DNA of 64,000 nucleotides from a virus (IMGVR_UViG_3300027908_000001:23167-87166); one strand, 5' to 3'. Counted from the first letter of the stretch, positions 25,319 to 35,261 are shown. Translations and numbers: made by a program. The notes: a model not told the origin generated them from the letters alone.

Positions 25319-26025
25319 GGCTGCATCACCGAGGTAGTGACCTTGCCGCCCGGCCCGGCCGTTACATCGAGGTAAGGCGTCTTGGCCGGTGCGAGACTCG
25401 GCGTTGCAGGCGGTTGACCAAGTCCGGTTTCCAAGTCGAACATCACCGGCTCTTTCTCCAGCCTCTTATGTTCCTCCTGCGCATCGCATATCGGGCAGCC
25501 GTCATGATGGAAGTGGAAATCCTCTTGGTCGGGACAAATTATCACGGCGCACTCGCTGCATTCCGAATCCTTGCAGTGCGCCAAGAGATGGTCGAGTTTC
25601 CAGACCAGTTCTTGCACGACATCTTCCACCTTGGTGTACTTCTTTGAGCCTGAGAGCTTCACGGCTCGGTCTATCGCGGCCAAGGCAAAGTCACGTTGGC
25701 TGATTACCTTCGGCAGAGCGGTGACCAATGTGTCGCCGAGGCCGTTGCGCTGGCACATCTCGGTCAGGTGTTCGTAGAGGGCCTTGTATCTTGCCAAATC
25801 GTCGTTTACTCGGCTTTCCATTTCGGAAACTTTTCCAGTGAGAAACCGGTCGTTTTCAATCAATCTGACCAGTGCCGCCTGATGTTGAGCAAGCGGTTCA
25901 AGGAATAAACCGCTCTGAATCATGTTGGCCACTAGGTCAACGCTCAGCGTGATGCCTTCGCCCTGCTTCTGCACAATCTGGCGGGCGACCTTCAGGACTT
26001 CGGCGGATGGTTGTGTGTCGCTCAT
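25315..26025 (-). CDS. hypothetical protein with C-terminal Cys/His cluster (~236 aa; trimmed from 25315..26073)
   Basis: CKDSECSECAVIICPDQEDFHFHHDGCPIC; start at MSDTQPSAEV. Confidence 0.35.
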   Translation of the reverse strand: MSDTQPSAEVLKVARQIVQKQGEGITLSVDLVANMIQSGLFLEPLAQHQAALVRLIENDRFLTGKVSEMESRVNDDLARYKALYEHLTEMCQRNGLGDTLVTALPKVISQRDFALAAIDRAVKLSGSKKYTKVEDVVQELVWKLDHLLAHCKDSECSECAVIICPDQEDFHFHHDGCPICDAQEEHKRLEKEPVMFDLETGLGQPPATPSLAPAKTPYLDVTAGPGGKVTTSVMQP

Positions 26026-26026
26026 G

Positions 26027-26278
26027 TTATATTTCAAGGAGAAACGCAAATGGACGCACGGTTTTATAAGCATCGAGACGTTTTATTAAACCACGCACAC
26101 GTGCTGGTAATTTAAGTAAAGTGCGGCTAGTGTCTTTACCGTCCAAACGGATACTATCATTAAGGACCACTACTTTTTTATTGGTATGACGGGAAACGGC
26201 CTTGGCAACTGCACAATGCCATGGGTTTCCGATAATGCCAGTGCGAATGTCTCGCTGTGTTACTCTTATGGTTTTCAT
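26027..26278 (-). CDS. hypothetical protein (83 aa)
   Basis: Track ORF. Confidence 0.25.
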   Translation of the reverse strand: MKTIRVTQRDIRTGIIGNPWHCAVAKAVSRHTNKKVVVLNDSIRLDGKDTSRTLLKLPARVRGLIKRLDAYKTVRPFAFLLEI

Positions 26279-27234
26279 GGCATCAAATCTTCCGCTCGTA
26301 ATGGTTCGCGTTCGCCGATTTCCTTGGTATGCTGTATCAGCGCGGTAAACCTTCTCTCAAAATTCGCTCGTTCTGTCAAGAACGATTCTCTCGCGATTCT
26401 GCCAAGCTTGCCGCAATCGTCCTCGGACAGCCGCCAGCAGTTGTCCGCCGCGCCCATGACGGATACCGGGGATATGCTGTGTGTCGTCGCAAGCCCTTGC
26501 TTGGACTGATGTTCGGATGGAATGCGCAGACCGTTGGGACAGGCGGCGATTTCGTCGAATGGCGGATACTTGCCGCTTACGACCACCGCCCCGCAGCCTA
26601 TGGATTCCCAGATGGATTGGCCGTAGCCCTCGTATGCCGACGCCATGATGTGGAACTGAAACTCGTTCTTCATCCGCGCCAGCGTCGGCTTGTCGACAGA
26701 TTTTATGTAAGTTATGTTTGGCTCGTTGCCGGTGTAGTGCTCAGCGAGGATGGTCAGTGGATACGGCAGCGAGAACCTTCTCCATGCTTCGATGACTGCG
26801 AGGGAATTCTTAGCCTGAGACTGTCCTGCATTATGTAGGAAGGCGCGTTTCTTTTTGACGGCGGGGTCATAGAAATCCTGCGCGGTGAAGCCGGTGTAAT
26901 AGACCTGATGGGCTATGGGCTTAAAAATGCGTTCCGCATCGCGCGTCTTGGCCAGTACCATATCAATTTTGGATAACAGGTAGTTATTCGACGCGGAATG
27001 CCATTCTACATTTGGTAGGTATAGCCTTCTTTTGGCCCAGCGAATCATGGCCGGATTCAATACTTCCAAAAAAATAAGCATGTCCACTTCATGGCACGCA
27101 CTGCAATTGTCAAATTCCCATCCAAACACCTCGTGCCCCATTGGCTCAAGCAGGGCCTTGAGAATTAAAAAGTCAGCGAGCAGACCTTTGCCGCCGCGGA
27201 GGTTCGAGCTAATAGCGATTCTCACGCGCCCCAC
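26275..27234 (-). CDS. glycosyltransferase, GT-B fold (GT4-like)
   Basis: C-terminal EGYGQSIWESIGCGAVVVSG matches GT1/GT4 E(x7)E motif region. Confidence 0.55.
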   Translation of the reverse strand: MGRVRIAISSNLRGGKGLLADFLILKALLEPMGHEVFGWEFDNCSACHEVDMLIFLEVLNPAMIRWAKRRLYLPNVEWHSASNNYLLSKIDMVLAKTRDAERIFKPIAHQVYYTGFTAQDFYDPAVKKKRAFLHNAGQSQAKNSLAVIEAWRRFSLPYPLTILAEHYTGNEPNITYIKSVDKPTLARMKNEFQFHIMASAYEGYGQSIWESIGCGAVVVSGKYPPFDEIAACPNGLRIPSEHQSKQGLATTHSISPVSVMGAADNCWRLSEDDCGKLGRIARESFLTERANFERRFTALIQHTKEIGEREPLRAEDLMP

Positions 27235-27971
27235 TCCGGCAGCACAGGATTCTCCAACTCAAAGTAGCCATACCGCCGCGCCATTATCGCAGCCTGCTCC
27301 TTGATGTGGCTGGCCGGTATGTCGCTCCACTTGATGTCCTCTTTGCGTGCGCGGTGATTGGCTTGCGTGCCGAGCCGCGCGAACAGCGGGCGTACCTGCA
27401 TCTCGGTCCGTTCTTCGCCTAATGCCCACCGCAACATTTCCACCACTTCGATTGGACGAATATACCGTACACGCCAGCGAGCGTAGTTCGGGCTGTCGCC
27501 AACCGCTATTTCAATCATCCGATTCCAGAGCCACCAGTAGGCCAGCGCCCTCTCCACCTCCGTCGGCTGCTTGAATGCTTCCGGACAATGTTTCATGGCG
27601 AACGGCGCGAACGGTTCATAGGGTCGAAAAGGCGTCTTGAAGAACTCGATGCCGGTTGCCGACCGGATGTTGTGAAGCGGATGTCGGACCTGATGCAGGA
27701 TGGCGACATTGCGCGAGATGGTCTTCAAGAACGGTGCAGCGCACCACGAAGATTCAGCGCGCATGCTCGGTAGCGTCTCCCAGAAGGCCATGCCAACCGG
27801 CTTGTTTAAGAAAGGATGGAACACCTGCTCATGACCACAATGGATAGCCAGACCGTTGAGCATCTCAGATATGAACCGAGTGCCCGACCGCTGACAGCCG
27901 GTAATCAGCAACCGTCGCATTATTAGTCTCGCAGTGTGGCGGAAAGATACCCGGTGCACTTCTCGCGCCAT
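27222..27971 (-). CDS. sulfotransferase-family protein
   Basis: RLLITGCQRSGTRFISEML resembles 5'-PSB P-loop of sulfotransferases (hhhhGxxRSGTT). Confidence 0.4.
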   Translation of the reverse strand: MAREVHRVSFRHTARLIMRRLLITGCQRSGTRFISEMLNGLAIHCGHEQVFHPFLNKPVGMAFWETLPSMRAESSWCAAPFLKTISRNVAILHQVRHPLHNIRSATGIEFFKTPFRPYEPFAPFAMKHCPEAFKQPTEVERALAYWWLWNRMIEIAVGDSPNYARWRVRYIRPIEVVEMLRWALGEERTEMQVRPLFARLGTQANHRARKEDIKWSDIPASHIKEQAAIMARRYGYFELENPVLPEWGA

Positions 27972-28630
27972 GGCGACGCGTCCACGTTATGGGTCCGCGC
28001 CAGCCGTTCGGCAAACGCGGTGAACTCATCCTTGGTCACCGGATGATATTCCATGGCGATACGTTTGATGCGGCACAATATCTCGGGTGTCGTGTCGAAG
28101 ATTAGGTACTCACTCCATTCACAGTCGCACTTGAAAAAGTCGCACACGAAAATCTGGTTATCCTCAAACACGTCAGCGAGCGTCACGGTCTGGCAATCAG
28201 CGTAATCACCCTGCAATCCTTCATGACCGGTGGCCAACAATCGGCTGCTGCCGAAATTCCCCAGTATCTTGCCCATGCCGCGCTCGTTGCTGACGGCCTT
28301 GTTCCAGACCGTGATGTTGCCGTCCACTTCAAAGCCGTTGTCACGGATGTTGCGCAAGAACAACACCATGTTCTCCGGCTCCGGTTCGTAGGCAATCACC
28401 CGCGCGCTCGGGCACAGCTTGGCCGCGTACATGCTAAAGGCTCCGATATTTCCACCCACGTCAAGGATAACGCCGCCGTCCGATACCATGTCGGGCGAAA
28501 ACTTGTAAACCTGTTGGTCGAACACGTCGTCAATCACCCAGCGGTCGGACGTGTTCTCGCGAATGTGAAAGGTGAATCCCGAGCCCGGATGTTTGAAGGT
28601 TATGGTGTTCATAAAATCAAATCTGCACAA
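27923..28630 (-). CDS. FkbM-family methyltransferase
   Basis: GGVILDVGGNIGAFSMYAAKLCPSARVIAYEPEPENMVLFLRNI: FkbM signature. Confidence 0.5.
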   Translation of the reverse strand: MCRFDFMNTITFKHPGSGFTFHIRENTSDRWVIDDVFDQQVYKFSPDMVSDGGVILDVGGNIGAFSMYAAKLCPSARVIAYEPEPENMVLFLRNIRDNGFEVDGNITVWNKAVSNERGMGKILGNFGSSRLLATGHEGLQGDYADCQTVTLADVFEDNQIFVCDFFKCDCEWSEYLIFDTTPEILCRIKRIAMEYHPVTKDEFTAFAERLARTHNVDASPWREKCTGYLSATLRD

Positions 28631-28777
28631 CCCCCATTACAATGATTCCGAACGATTCCATGGCTGCTCTCATGCTGCTCATGTATTCATCGTCATTTTG
28701 TCGCTCGGAACGGCATCGGATGTCGTGCCTTTCCAACTCCTGCAATTCTGTGCGGCTTAGGTGTGACAGGTCGGGCA

Positions 28778-29326
28778 TCAAATTTCCTTGGTCGCGATGA
28801 CGTATCGCAGGTCGTGCATGAAGCTGAACCGCCGTCTCGCGCCGAATCGTTCGTTGAGTTTATCGACAGTAACTTCTTTCCATTCCTCGGTCACGTTGGG
28901 CGCGCCTCCGAACGCTTGGATGTCGTCCACTACGACAAGCTCGCTATACGGCCTCGACAGGATGAAATCAAGTTCCTTGAACAGCGGCAGGCCATCTTTC
29001 GGGCAATCGATGGGGTCAATGGGGTCATGCCACCAGTGAGCGTCCAGATAGAAGAAAGTCGGTAATGCTGGCGCAATCTTTGGGAGCAAGTCAGCCGAGT
29101 TGCCCTGATGCAGCTCAATGCACGGGTCAGGCGATGTTTCTCGGAATCTATCAATGTAAGCCTGACTGATTTCGATACTGTGAACCCGCTGGAACTCGTA
29201 CGAGGCCGCCGCGCGCCTGCAGGTGCCGCCCTGAAACAAGCCCGTCTCGATGAAGGTCTGGAACGGCTGCTCGAATCCGCAGAGGCGACGGAAGAAGTAG
29301 AATTCAGGGATTTGAATGCCGGGCAT
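28778..29326 (-). CDS. class I SAM-dependent methyltransferase (TylF/CmcI-like), ~182 aa (trimmed from 28778..29491)
   Basis: FIETGLFQGGTCRRAAASYEFQRVHSIEIS: glycine-rich SAM motif I; start trimmed to MPGIQIPEF to abut upstream gene. Confidence 0.4.
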   Translation of the reverse strand: MPGIQIPEFYFFRRLCGFEQPFQTFIETGLFQGGTCRRAAASYEFQRVHSIEISQAYIDRFRETSPDPCIELHQGNSADLLPKIAPALPTFFYLDAHWWHDPIDPIDCPKDGLPLFKELDFILSRPYSELVVVDDIQAFGGAPNVTEEWKEVTVDKLNERFGARRRFSFMHDLRYVIATKEI

Positions 29327-29327
29327 G

Positions 29328-30053
29328 TCACACCTTTCGATACAGCACGTGGTTTTCGTGGTCGATACCGAGCAGTTCGCCGCGGTATCCGCAGTGTTCC
29401 ATGAAGTGATTGAAGTTGGTGGAAGTGGCGTGGTAATCGCGGATGAGTAGTTCGGGATGCACGGAAATCCAAAGGAGCATTGGCTTGCCAAGATTCAGCA
29501 AATTTTTAGCTCCCTGCATGGCCAACAGTTCCGCGCCTTCGATGTCCATGGTAACGGCGTCGGGGAATATGCCGGTACGAGCGCACCAATCATCCAGTGT
29601 CGTCTGCGGTGTCTGGTCGGCGTGCGCGTGGATGTAGCGGCAATCGTATGGCGTGAAGATTTCACCGACAGAGCATCCCGGCCAGCCATCGGCCTTCATC
29701 TCGTTATCGAAGTTCAGGTTCGGCGGGTTCAGGTCGGTCTTGTCGCTCACCAACCCGGCGAAACAGGCTTTCGGCTTGGCGAGCCCGTTCGCTTCCCATG
29801 TCTGGCGGATGTTCGGCCAAACCAACGGCAGACCTTCAAATAGGCACATGTTCTCCGCGCCGACCAGCTTGGCGAATATGATGGATATATCCGCCTGTTC
29901 GCAACCCACATCAAGAAGCACCATGCCGGGCTTGAGATGTCGTTCCATCGACTCGAACCGCTGGACCTCCCACATCTGGCGCTCATCGAACGTGTCGGCC
30001 CGGTGGTCGGGCAATATAATTGTCCACTTCTTATTGATGGTCGTCGCTCTCAT
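29328..30053 (-). CDS. FkbM-family methyltransferase (second copy)
   Basis: GMVLLDVGCEQADISIIFAK...AVTMDIEGAELLAMQGA. Confidence 0.45.
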   Translation of the reverse strand: MRATTINKKWTIILPDHRADTFDERQMWEVQRFESMERHLKPGMVLLDVGCEQADISIIFAKLVGAENMCLFEGLPLVWPNIRQTWEANGLAKPKACFAGLVSDKTDLNPPNLNFDNEMKADGWPGCSVGEIFTPYDCRYIHAHADQTPQTTLDDWCARTGIFPDAVTMDIEGAELLAMQGAKNLLNLGKPMLLWISVHPELLIRDYHATSTNFNHFMEHCGYRGELLGIDHENHVLYRKV

Positions 30054-30853
30054 AATCGTATCCAGTGCGGCTCGTAAATGTCTGCGTTATGATTCCCTCG
30101 ACCCGGTGGCACCCAGCAGGCAGGGGCCACGACCGTCTTATTGCAATCGGGGTCGCCGAGCATCGCACCCCACGCTGAGAACGTCGAATTGGCTATGATT
30201 ATCGCGTCCATCCGGGACATCACTTGTATCGCCATGTAATCTCGGTCGTTCACGATGTCCGGTCGGCGCATGAACCCGAGGTTCTTGTTGCACCAGTCGA
30301 GGTCGTCACTGAACACCACGAACTCGGCATCTGGGAACTTCGCTGCGGCAGCTTCGTAGTAGCTCAGTGGCAGGTCCCAAAAGTAATCGGTCACGTAATC
30401 CGCCCGGCGCACGTGGACGGCGACCAGTTGTTTGCCGATATGCCGCCGTCGCAATTCTTCCACGCGCACGGCCACATCGGCCCGATACGTCTTGGTGAAC
30501 ACGTCGATGATTTCCCGCCGGTAATCGTTGAAGTACCGGCTGGAAGTGTAGAACCCGTAGAGCATCGTGTCGGTCGTGAACGCAGGCAGCGCCTCGAACT
30601 TTTTGTAGTTCTCCTCATGCCGCTTGAACGGTGCCGGGTCGGTAAACGTGCCGTAGGCTTTGAGGACCGGCTTGATGAAATGCCCGAACGCGGTGATGTC
30701 CTTGTAGTATTGGCATTCCTCTTGTGGCCAGCACGGCTCAAGTTTCTGCCGCCATGCCGTCGCCAGCACGCACGCTGTCTCGAACATCAGGTTACCGAGT
30801 CGCCCTTGGAAGTTGCAGGTGATTCGGCTCATGGTTTTCTCACGACCATCCAC
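30050..30853 (-). CDS. GT11-family alpha-1,2-fucosyltransferase
   Basis: HVRRADY (HxRRxD motif I of alpha-1,2-FucTs) at 30395..30415; GRLGNLMFE N-terminal motif typical of GT11. Confidence 0.6.
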   Translation of the reverse strand: MDGREKTMSRITCNFQGRLGNLMFETACVLATAWRQKLEPCWPQEECQYYKDITAFGHFIKPVLKAYGTFTDPAPFKRHEENYKKFEALPAFTTDTMLYGFYTSSRYFNDYRREIIDVFTKTYRADVAVRVEELRRRHIGKQLVAVHVRRADYVTDYFWDLPLSYYEAAAAKFPDAEFVVFSDDLDWCNKNLGFMRRPDIVNDRDYMAIQVMSRMDAIIIANSTFSAWGAMLGDPDCNKTVVAPACWVPPGRGNHNADIYEPHWIRL

Positions 30854-31437
30854 ACCCAGTTCTCGTAGGGATAATCTATGTTGGTTTCAGCGATGTTCAA
30901 TCCGGCCTCAGTAACCCATTGTCGCATTGTGTCAATCGGAATGGCCTGCGAGAGAAAGAACTGATAATCCCCGCGAACGAACTGGAATACGAATACACCG
31001 CCACTGACCAGCTTCCGGGCCATCTGTTGTAGATAGCCTTTCACGACCTCTGCCGGTAGATGCTGCATGACGGCCACTGAATACGCGGCATCCAGCGGGC
31101 AGTCCTCTGGCAGATGCACGCCGTCGCCCTTGACCAGTGTGAGATTCTCCGGCAAGAACGGCTTTCGCGCCAACTCCAGCATGGCCTCGGAAATGTCCAG
31201 CCCGATTACCTTCGCCTCCGGCCGAAGCGTTGCCATGGGAAACGCCATGCGACCGATACCGCATCCCAAATCGAGGATGGTGCCTTGATGTGGCATCCAG
31301 CGCAGGACGTATTGCATGGTCTTGCGGTCAAATTCCTCGTCCAACTTTGGTCCTCCAAATATGGCGTTGTGCAGCGCCGTGGTGTCCGACTTGGCGGCCG
31401 CGTCCCAGTGCTGGATTTCCTTGGTGATGTCCGTCAT
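30829..31437 (-). CDS. class I SAM-dependent methyltransferase (~202 aa; trimmed from 30829..31557)
   Basis: GTILDLGCGIGRMAFPMATLRPEAKVIGLDISEAMLELARK: motif I and post-I. Confidence 0.5.
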   Translation of the reverse strand: MTDITKEIQHWDAAAKSDTTALHNAIFGGPKLDEEFDRKTMQYVLRWMPHQGTILDLGCGIGRMAFPMATLRPEAKVIGLDISEAMLELARKPFLPENLTLVKGDGVHLPEDCPLDAAYSVAVMQHLPAEVVKGYLQQMARKLVSGGVFVFQFVRGDYQFFLSQAIPIDTMRQWVTEAGLNIAETNIDYPYENWVWMVVRKP

Positions 31438-31445
31438 GCTGTCCG

Positions 31446-32537
31446 CTACTTCTCTGACGGCAACGTGAACAGCAGGTTGGCTCCTGTACCCTCGACATTC
31501 GGGCGCTTGCCGTCCCACTTGGCAATCGTTTCCTGCGCAATCTGCAATTTCCGCCACGTGATGATTTCTGCCGTGATGGACTTCGCTAGGAGGTCGTTGG
31601 CCTTGGCTTCACCCTCGGCGCGGGCGACCTGTGACTGGGCCTCGCCTTCTGCGGTAGCGACTTTCTTCTTGGCCTCTGCCGAAGCTTGGCGCAATTCGTT
31701 CTCAACGCGGATGGCGTCCTGTGTCGCCTTAATCTTCGCGTTGATGGCGTCCACGACGTTCTGCGGCAGGCGCATCGCTCCGATGAAACCCAATTGCTCG
31801 ATATGGATTCCGAATTCTTCCACCTGCGCATTCACGCGCTTGGTGACTTCCTTGAGCAAGGCTTCTTTTCCAGCGCCGTAAATTTCTTCCACACCCATCG
31901 TTTGCGCGACTTCGTTGAACGCGTCGCGCGCCACGTTACGCAGAAAACCGTGCGTGAAGGCATCGATACTGTCGCTGCGGAACTTGACGTAGAACGCCGG
32001 TACTTTGTCTTGGTAGAGTTGGTAGCTCAGCGAAATGTCACCGGCGATTACCAGACCTTCTTTCGAGTTGAAGGTTATCTCCTCATTCTTGGGGCTGCCC
32101 TCGTCCTTACTGGCGCACCACGATGCGGTTTGAACGAAGCAAGGCCATTCATCAATGTTTTCCGTGAACGGGTTGTACCAGACCATGCCGGTGACTAACG
32201 GGTAATCTTCCACACCGCGATTCTTGCCGTACAGGTCGATGCGGATACCGGCATAACCGGGGCGGACTCGCGTGCAGCCGGTGCCTAGCAAGGTCAAGCC
32301 GACAAGCAGTACGACCACCGGGCCAATTGAGCTTGGCGGGAATAGTGCGCGACAGCCTTTCTTGATTACGTGTCCCAAAAATACGAGCCACGCAATCAGC
32401 GCGACAGTGATAATTGTCAAGCCGATGCCGACCTGCACATCGCTCGGGGCGCTGACCATGTCGACGGCTTTTCCGGCGAAAAATACACTGAGAAATATGG
32501 CGGCTACAAACAGACACAACTTCAACGCGAACTTCAT
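31446..32537 (-). CDS. SPFH/band-7 (HflK/C-like) membrane protein
   Basis: N-terminal TM then typical SPFH core (...VIAGDISLSYQ...) and Ala/Glu-rich coiled coil ...AEAKKKVATAEGEAQSQVARAEGEAKANDLLAKS. Confidence 0.55.
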   Translation of the reverse strand: MKFALKLCLFVAAIFLSVFFAGKAVDMVSAPSDVQVGIGLTIITVALIAWLVFLGHVIKKGCRALFPPSSIGPVVVLLVGLTLLGTGCTRVRPGYAGIRIDLYGKNRGVEDYPLVTGMVWYNPFTENIDEWPCFVQTASWCASKDEGSPKNEEITFNSKEGLVIAGDISLSYQLYQDKVPAFYVKFRSDSIDAFTHGFLRNVARDAFNEVAQTMGVEEIYGAGKEALLKEVTKRVNAQVEEFGIHIEQLGFIGAMRLPQNVVDAINAKIKATQDAIRVENELRQASAEAKKKVATAEGEAQSQVARAEGEAKANDLLAKSITAEIITWRKLQIAQETIAKWDGKRPNVEGTGANLLFTLPSEK

Positions 32538-32599
32538 TTTGTCTCTCCTTGGTTAGACTGACGGTACTACTGGCACAAATTCGAGATTGATTGCAAGAC

Positions 32600-33559
32600 T
32601 TATTTTACGGCACAGACTTTGGCCCAATCTTCTTCGATGCCCTTGACCAGACTCAGCTTGTAATCTGCCCACCATTGCAGGGCCTGCGCCGTCTTGAGTT
32701 TCAAGGCGTAAGGGTCACCGGCGAAGTAATCGAGCAACTTCGGCAATTCCTTGTGCCAATCGTCCACGCACGGGAACGGTTCTTGGCCGAATACGTGGAG
32801 CCAGTAATTACCCTTCTGACCCGGCGCGCGGCGGTTGCAAATCGGCAGACACCCGGCCTCCAGCGCCTCGTACATCCGCATCGTGTCGGCAGTCACTGGA
32901 CCGGACGGGCATATCGCTATCTTCGCGCGCGCCAGCAGTGCCAAATATTCCGGATACGGCAGACCTTGCCCGAACCCGTGACTGCACACCATCTTGCCAT
33001 CCCGACGGCGATTCAGTTCCTCGTAGCAGGCCGCCCGGTAGGAATGATTGATTTGACCAGAGTAGGCCCACAGTAGGTCTTTCGGACCCGGTCCTTGATG
33101 CTCTATCTTCGTGGCGTGGATGGCTCGCAATAGCTCGATGGTCTCGTTGCGCCAGCCGCTGACCATGGCACGGTGCGGCCGGGCAGGGAAATTGGTTGCG
33201 CCGAGGGCGTCCGGATTCTCAATCTGCCGCCACCACACGTCGCCGGGCCGGAGCAACGCGCTGGAATCCAGCAAGTGCCCCTCGTCGGCCATGTGACAGA
33301 TGATGGCTGGTCCGCGCCCCTCAAGCTGCTTGCGGAGGTCGTCGACGCGTGGCGCGAAGTAGCTACCGCAGATTACGATGACACACGGCTCGCCCTTCGG
33401 CACTTCCTCGCAGACTTTGAACTGTAGATACTGCAACGACGGCGATATAAGCCGTCCGCTGAGCAGGTGTTCGAGCAGTCCCTCGTCCCATATCCCTCGG
33501 ATGGGTTTGCCTTGGTCGTTTTTGAGCCAGCAGACGTTGACGGTATTGGAATTCATCAT
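32600..33559 (-). CDS. GT47/exostosin-like glycosyltransferase (paralogue A)
   Basis: AICPSGPVTADTMRMYEALEAGCLPI matches exostosin-family C-terminal motif (fCLaPsG...R.yEAl..GCiPVi). Confidence 0.45.
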   Translation of the reverse strand: MMNSNTVNVCWLKNDQGKPIRGIWDEGLLEHLLSGRLISPSLQYLQFKVCEEVPKGEPCVIVICGSYFAPRVDDLRKQLEGRGPAIICHMADEGHLLDSSALLRPGDVWWRQIENPDALGATNFPARPHRAMVSGWRNETIELLRAIHATKIEHQGPGPKDLLWAYSGQINHSYRAACYEELNRRRDGKMVCSHGFGQGLPYPEYLALLARAKIAICPSGPVTADTMRMYEALEAGCLPICNRRAPGQKGNYWLHVFGQEPFPCVDDWHKELPKLLDYFAGDPYALKLKTAQALQWWADYKLSLVKGIEEDWAKVCAVK

Positions 33560-33948
33560 TTCACCGACGTTCCCTCAACACCTCTCGCCATTCGGTCGCG
33601 CGTCCGCTTCTGCAACCACATCAGCGATTCCTCCAACTTGGTCAGTGCGAGCGCGTTCTCGCTACAGGCGAAAGCACCGGCCTGAAAACAGCGGAGACGG
33701 TCCATGACGATGGCTATCAAGGATTCGTTGGACAGACCGTTGGTGCCCGCTTCCTTGATTGGCCCTTTCTGGAATTTTATGTAGCACTCGTGGCCCCCTT
33801 GATGGCCCGCGCCGGGTGGGTCAACCACACAATCCGGCCACTCGACTTCGTACAGGTGATGCGCGCCGCCGTCGCCCGGCTCGTCGAGCACGCGGATTTC
33901 TAACGCCTCGTTCAGCCCGTTCAATTTGTGGTCAGTCAGTTCTCTCAT
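33556..33948 (-). CDS. hypothetical protein (130 aa)
   Basis: Track ORF. Confidence 0.3.
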   Translation of the reverse strand: MRELTDHKLNGLNEALEIRVLDEPGDGGAHHLYEVEWPDCVVDPPGAGHQGGHECYIKFQKGPIKEAGTNGLSNESLIAIVMDRLRCFQAGAFACSENALALTKLEESLMWLQKRTRDRMARGVEGTSVK

Positions 33949-33974
33949 CTAAGTCCTCTCATCGTTTAGTGTGT

Positions 33975-34319
33975 TTATAACGGCTGCTTTGCGCAGGCAT
34001 TATGGATTCGCTTCACCAGTTGCCCGAATACGGTTGCTTCGGTTTCTTCATCCACCGTTATCAGATGGCGTACCGAATAGAACAGGTGATACGCCTCGTG
34101 TGCGATGACTTCGGCAAGCTCGGAACCGCGCAAGTGCGAGTCGATGAATATTTTATGGACTGCGTCCGGTTTCACTTCGCCGTCCTGTTCGTGGGTTTTA
34201 TGCTGACCACGCACGGCCATTTCCTCGATAACGACTGTGACTTCTAGACGAAACCCGAGAGAGTCAGTGATGATTTTGTTGTCCATACTTTTCAAACCTT
34301 GATTTCGTCTCCCACCCAA
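33975..34319 (-). CDS. hypothetical protein with HEAYH (HExxH) motif (114 aa)
   Basis: Track ORF; VIAHEAYHLFYSV. Confidence 0.3.
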   Translation of the reverse strand: MGGRRNQGLKSMDNKIITDSLGFRLEVTVVIEEMAVRGQHKTHEQDGEVKPDAVHKIFIDSHLRGSELAEVIAHEAYHLFYSVRHLITVDEETEATVFGQLVKRIHNACAKQPL

Positions 34320-34543
34320 ATTTCATCCCAGCCCGGATACGTGTCCTTGCGGCTTTCACAGAATCGGTTGTAGTGCTCGCAGAGCGTGACCAGCCGGTGA
34401 GTGTTTCGCGGCATGCAGTAAGTGGTGAAATATTTCTCGCCCGCAATCAGCCGTTGACGGAACAATTCCCATTCCACGCCACTGGCAAATTCAGGGTCGT
34501 CAGTTCCAAACGGTACAACCAGACCATATTCAATGTCGCTCAC
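34292..34543 (-). CDS. hypothetical protein (83 aa)
   Basis: Track ORF. Confidence 0.25.
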   Translation of the reverse strand: MSDIEYGLVVPFGTDDPEFASGVEWELFRQRLIAGEKYFTTYCMPRNTHRLVTLCEHYNRFCESRKDTYPGWDEIWVGDEIKV

Positions 34544-34604
34544 AGCAGTAGAAATTCCCCCACCTCCTTGTGAGTGGATTCAGTAGCGGATTGGGCCGGT
34601 GGAG

Positions 34605-35261
34605 TCAAGACTTGGCTCGCTTTCTTCGTTGATATTCTCGTGCCCTGATGCGGACACACTGGACACAATTTCTGCCTTTGCCGTCTGGACGAATGTACGA
34701 ATTCCCCGGCGTCAGTGCGTGGCCTTGCGAACAATGCGTGTGCCGAAGTTCGGGATGAGGCCCAAACATCAATCCGCGTTCTACATTTATGGTGTGAGTT
34801 ACCGGCTCGTGGTGCCAAGGGTTGACACATGGAGGAAACCTGCAAAGATGGTCGAGCACAAGCTCATCGGGAATCTTGCCAATCAGCGCTTCATAAAACA
34901 CACGATGGGCATACAACTTTTTGCCGCCCTTCCTGATTTCTCCATAGCCCTTGCCGTTCTCTGAACCAGTCCAACTCCAACAACTATCGGGAAGCTCTAC
35001 AACTCTACCCATGTACCTGAACAGTGGATGCGACTCGTCCGCTCGCAAGCTGTCCAGAGAGATTTTGGCGGGCGGCCTTGTAGCGACAACCTCTTTGATT
35101 TTGGGATTAAAAAATCCCACCGTGTCGCCAAGCACCATCGGGCGATTCCTTGCGGAAATCACAACAGGTGCTTCGACAACATCGGCATTATGAATCTTCC
35201 AGTTAATCGTTCGGTTCCCCACCGCAGCGGCTTGTTTACCGGAGATTCTTCGAGGTGTCAA
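34605..35261 (-). CDS. HNH (HNH_3-type) homing-endonuclease-like protein
   Basis: GKGYGEIRKGGKKLYAHRVFYEALIGKIPDELVLDHLCRFPPCVNPWHHEPVTHTINVER. Confidence 0.55.
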   Translation of the reverse strand: MTPRRISGKQAAAVGNRTINWKIHNADVVEAPVVISARNRPMVLGDTVGFFNPKIKEVVATRPPAKISLDSLRADESHPLFRYMGRVVELPDSCWSWTGSENGKGYGEIRKGGKKLYAHRVFYEALIGKIPDELVLDHLCRFPPCVNPWHHEPVTHTINVERGLMFGPHPELRHTHCSQGHALTPGNSYIRPDGKGRNCVQCVRIRAREYQRRKRAKS

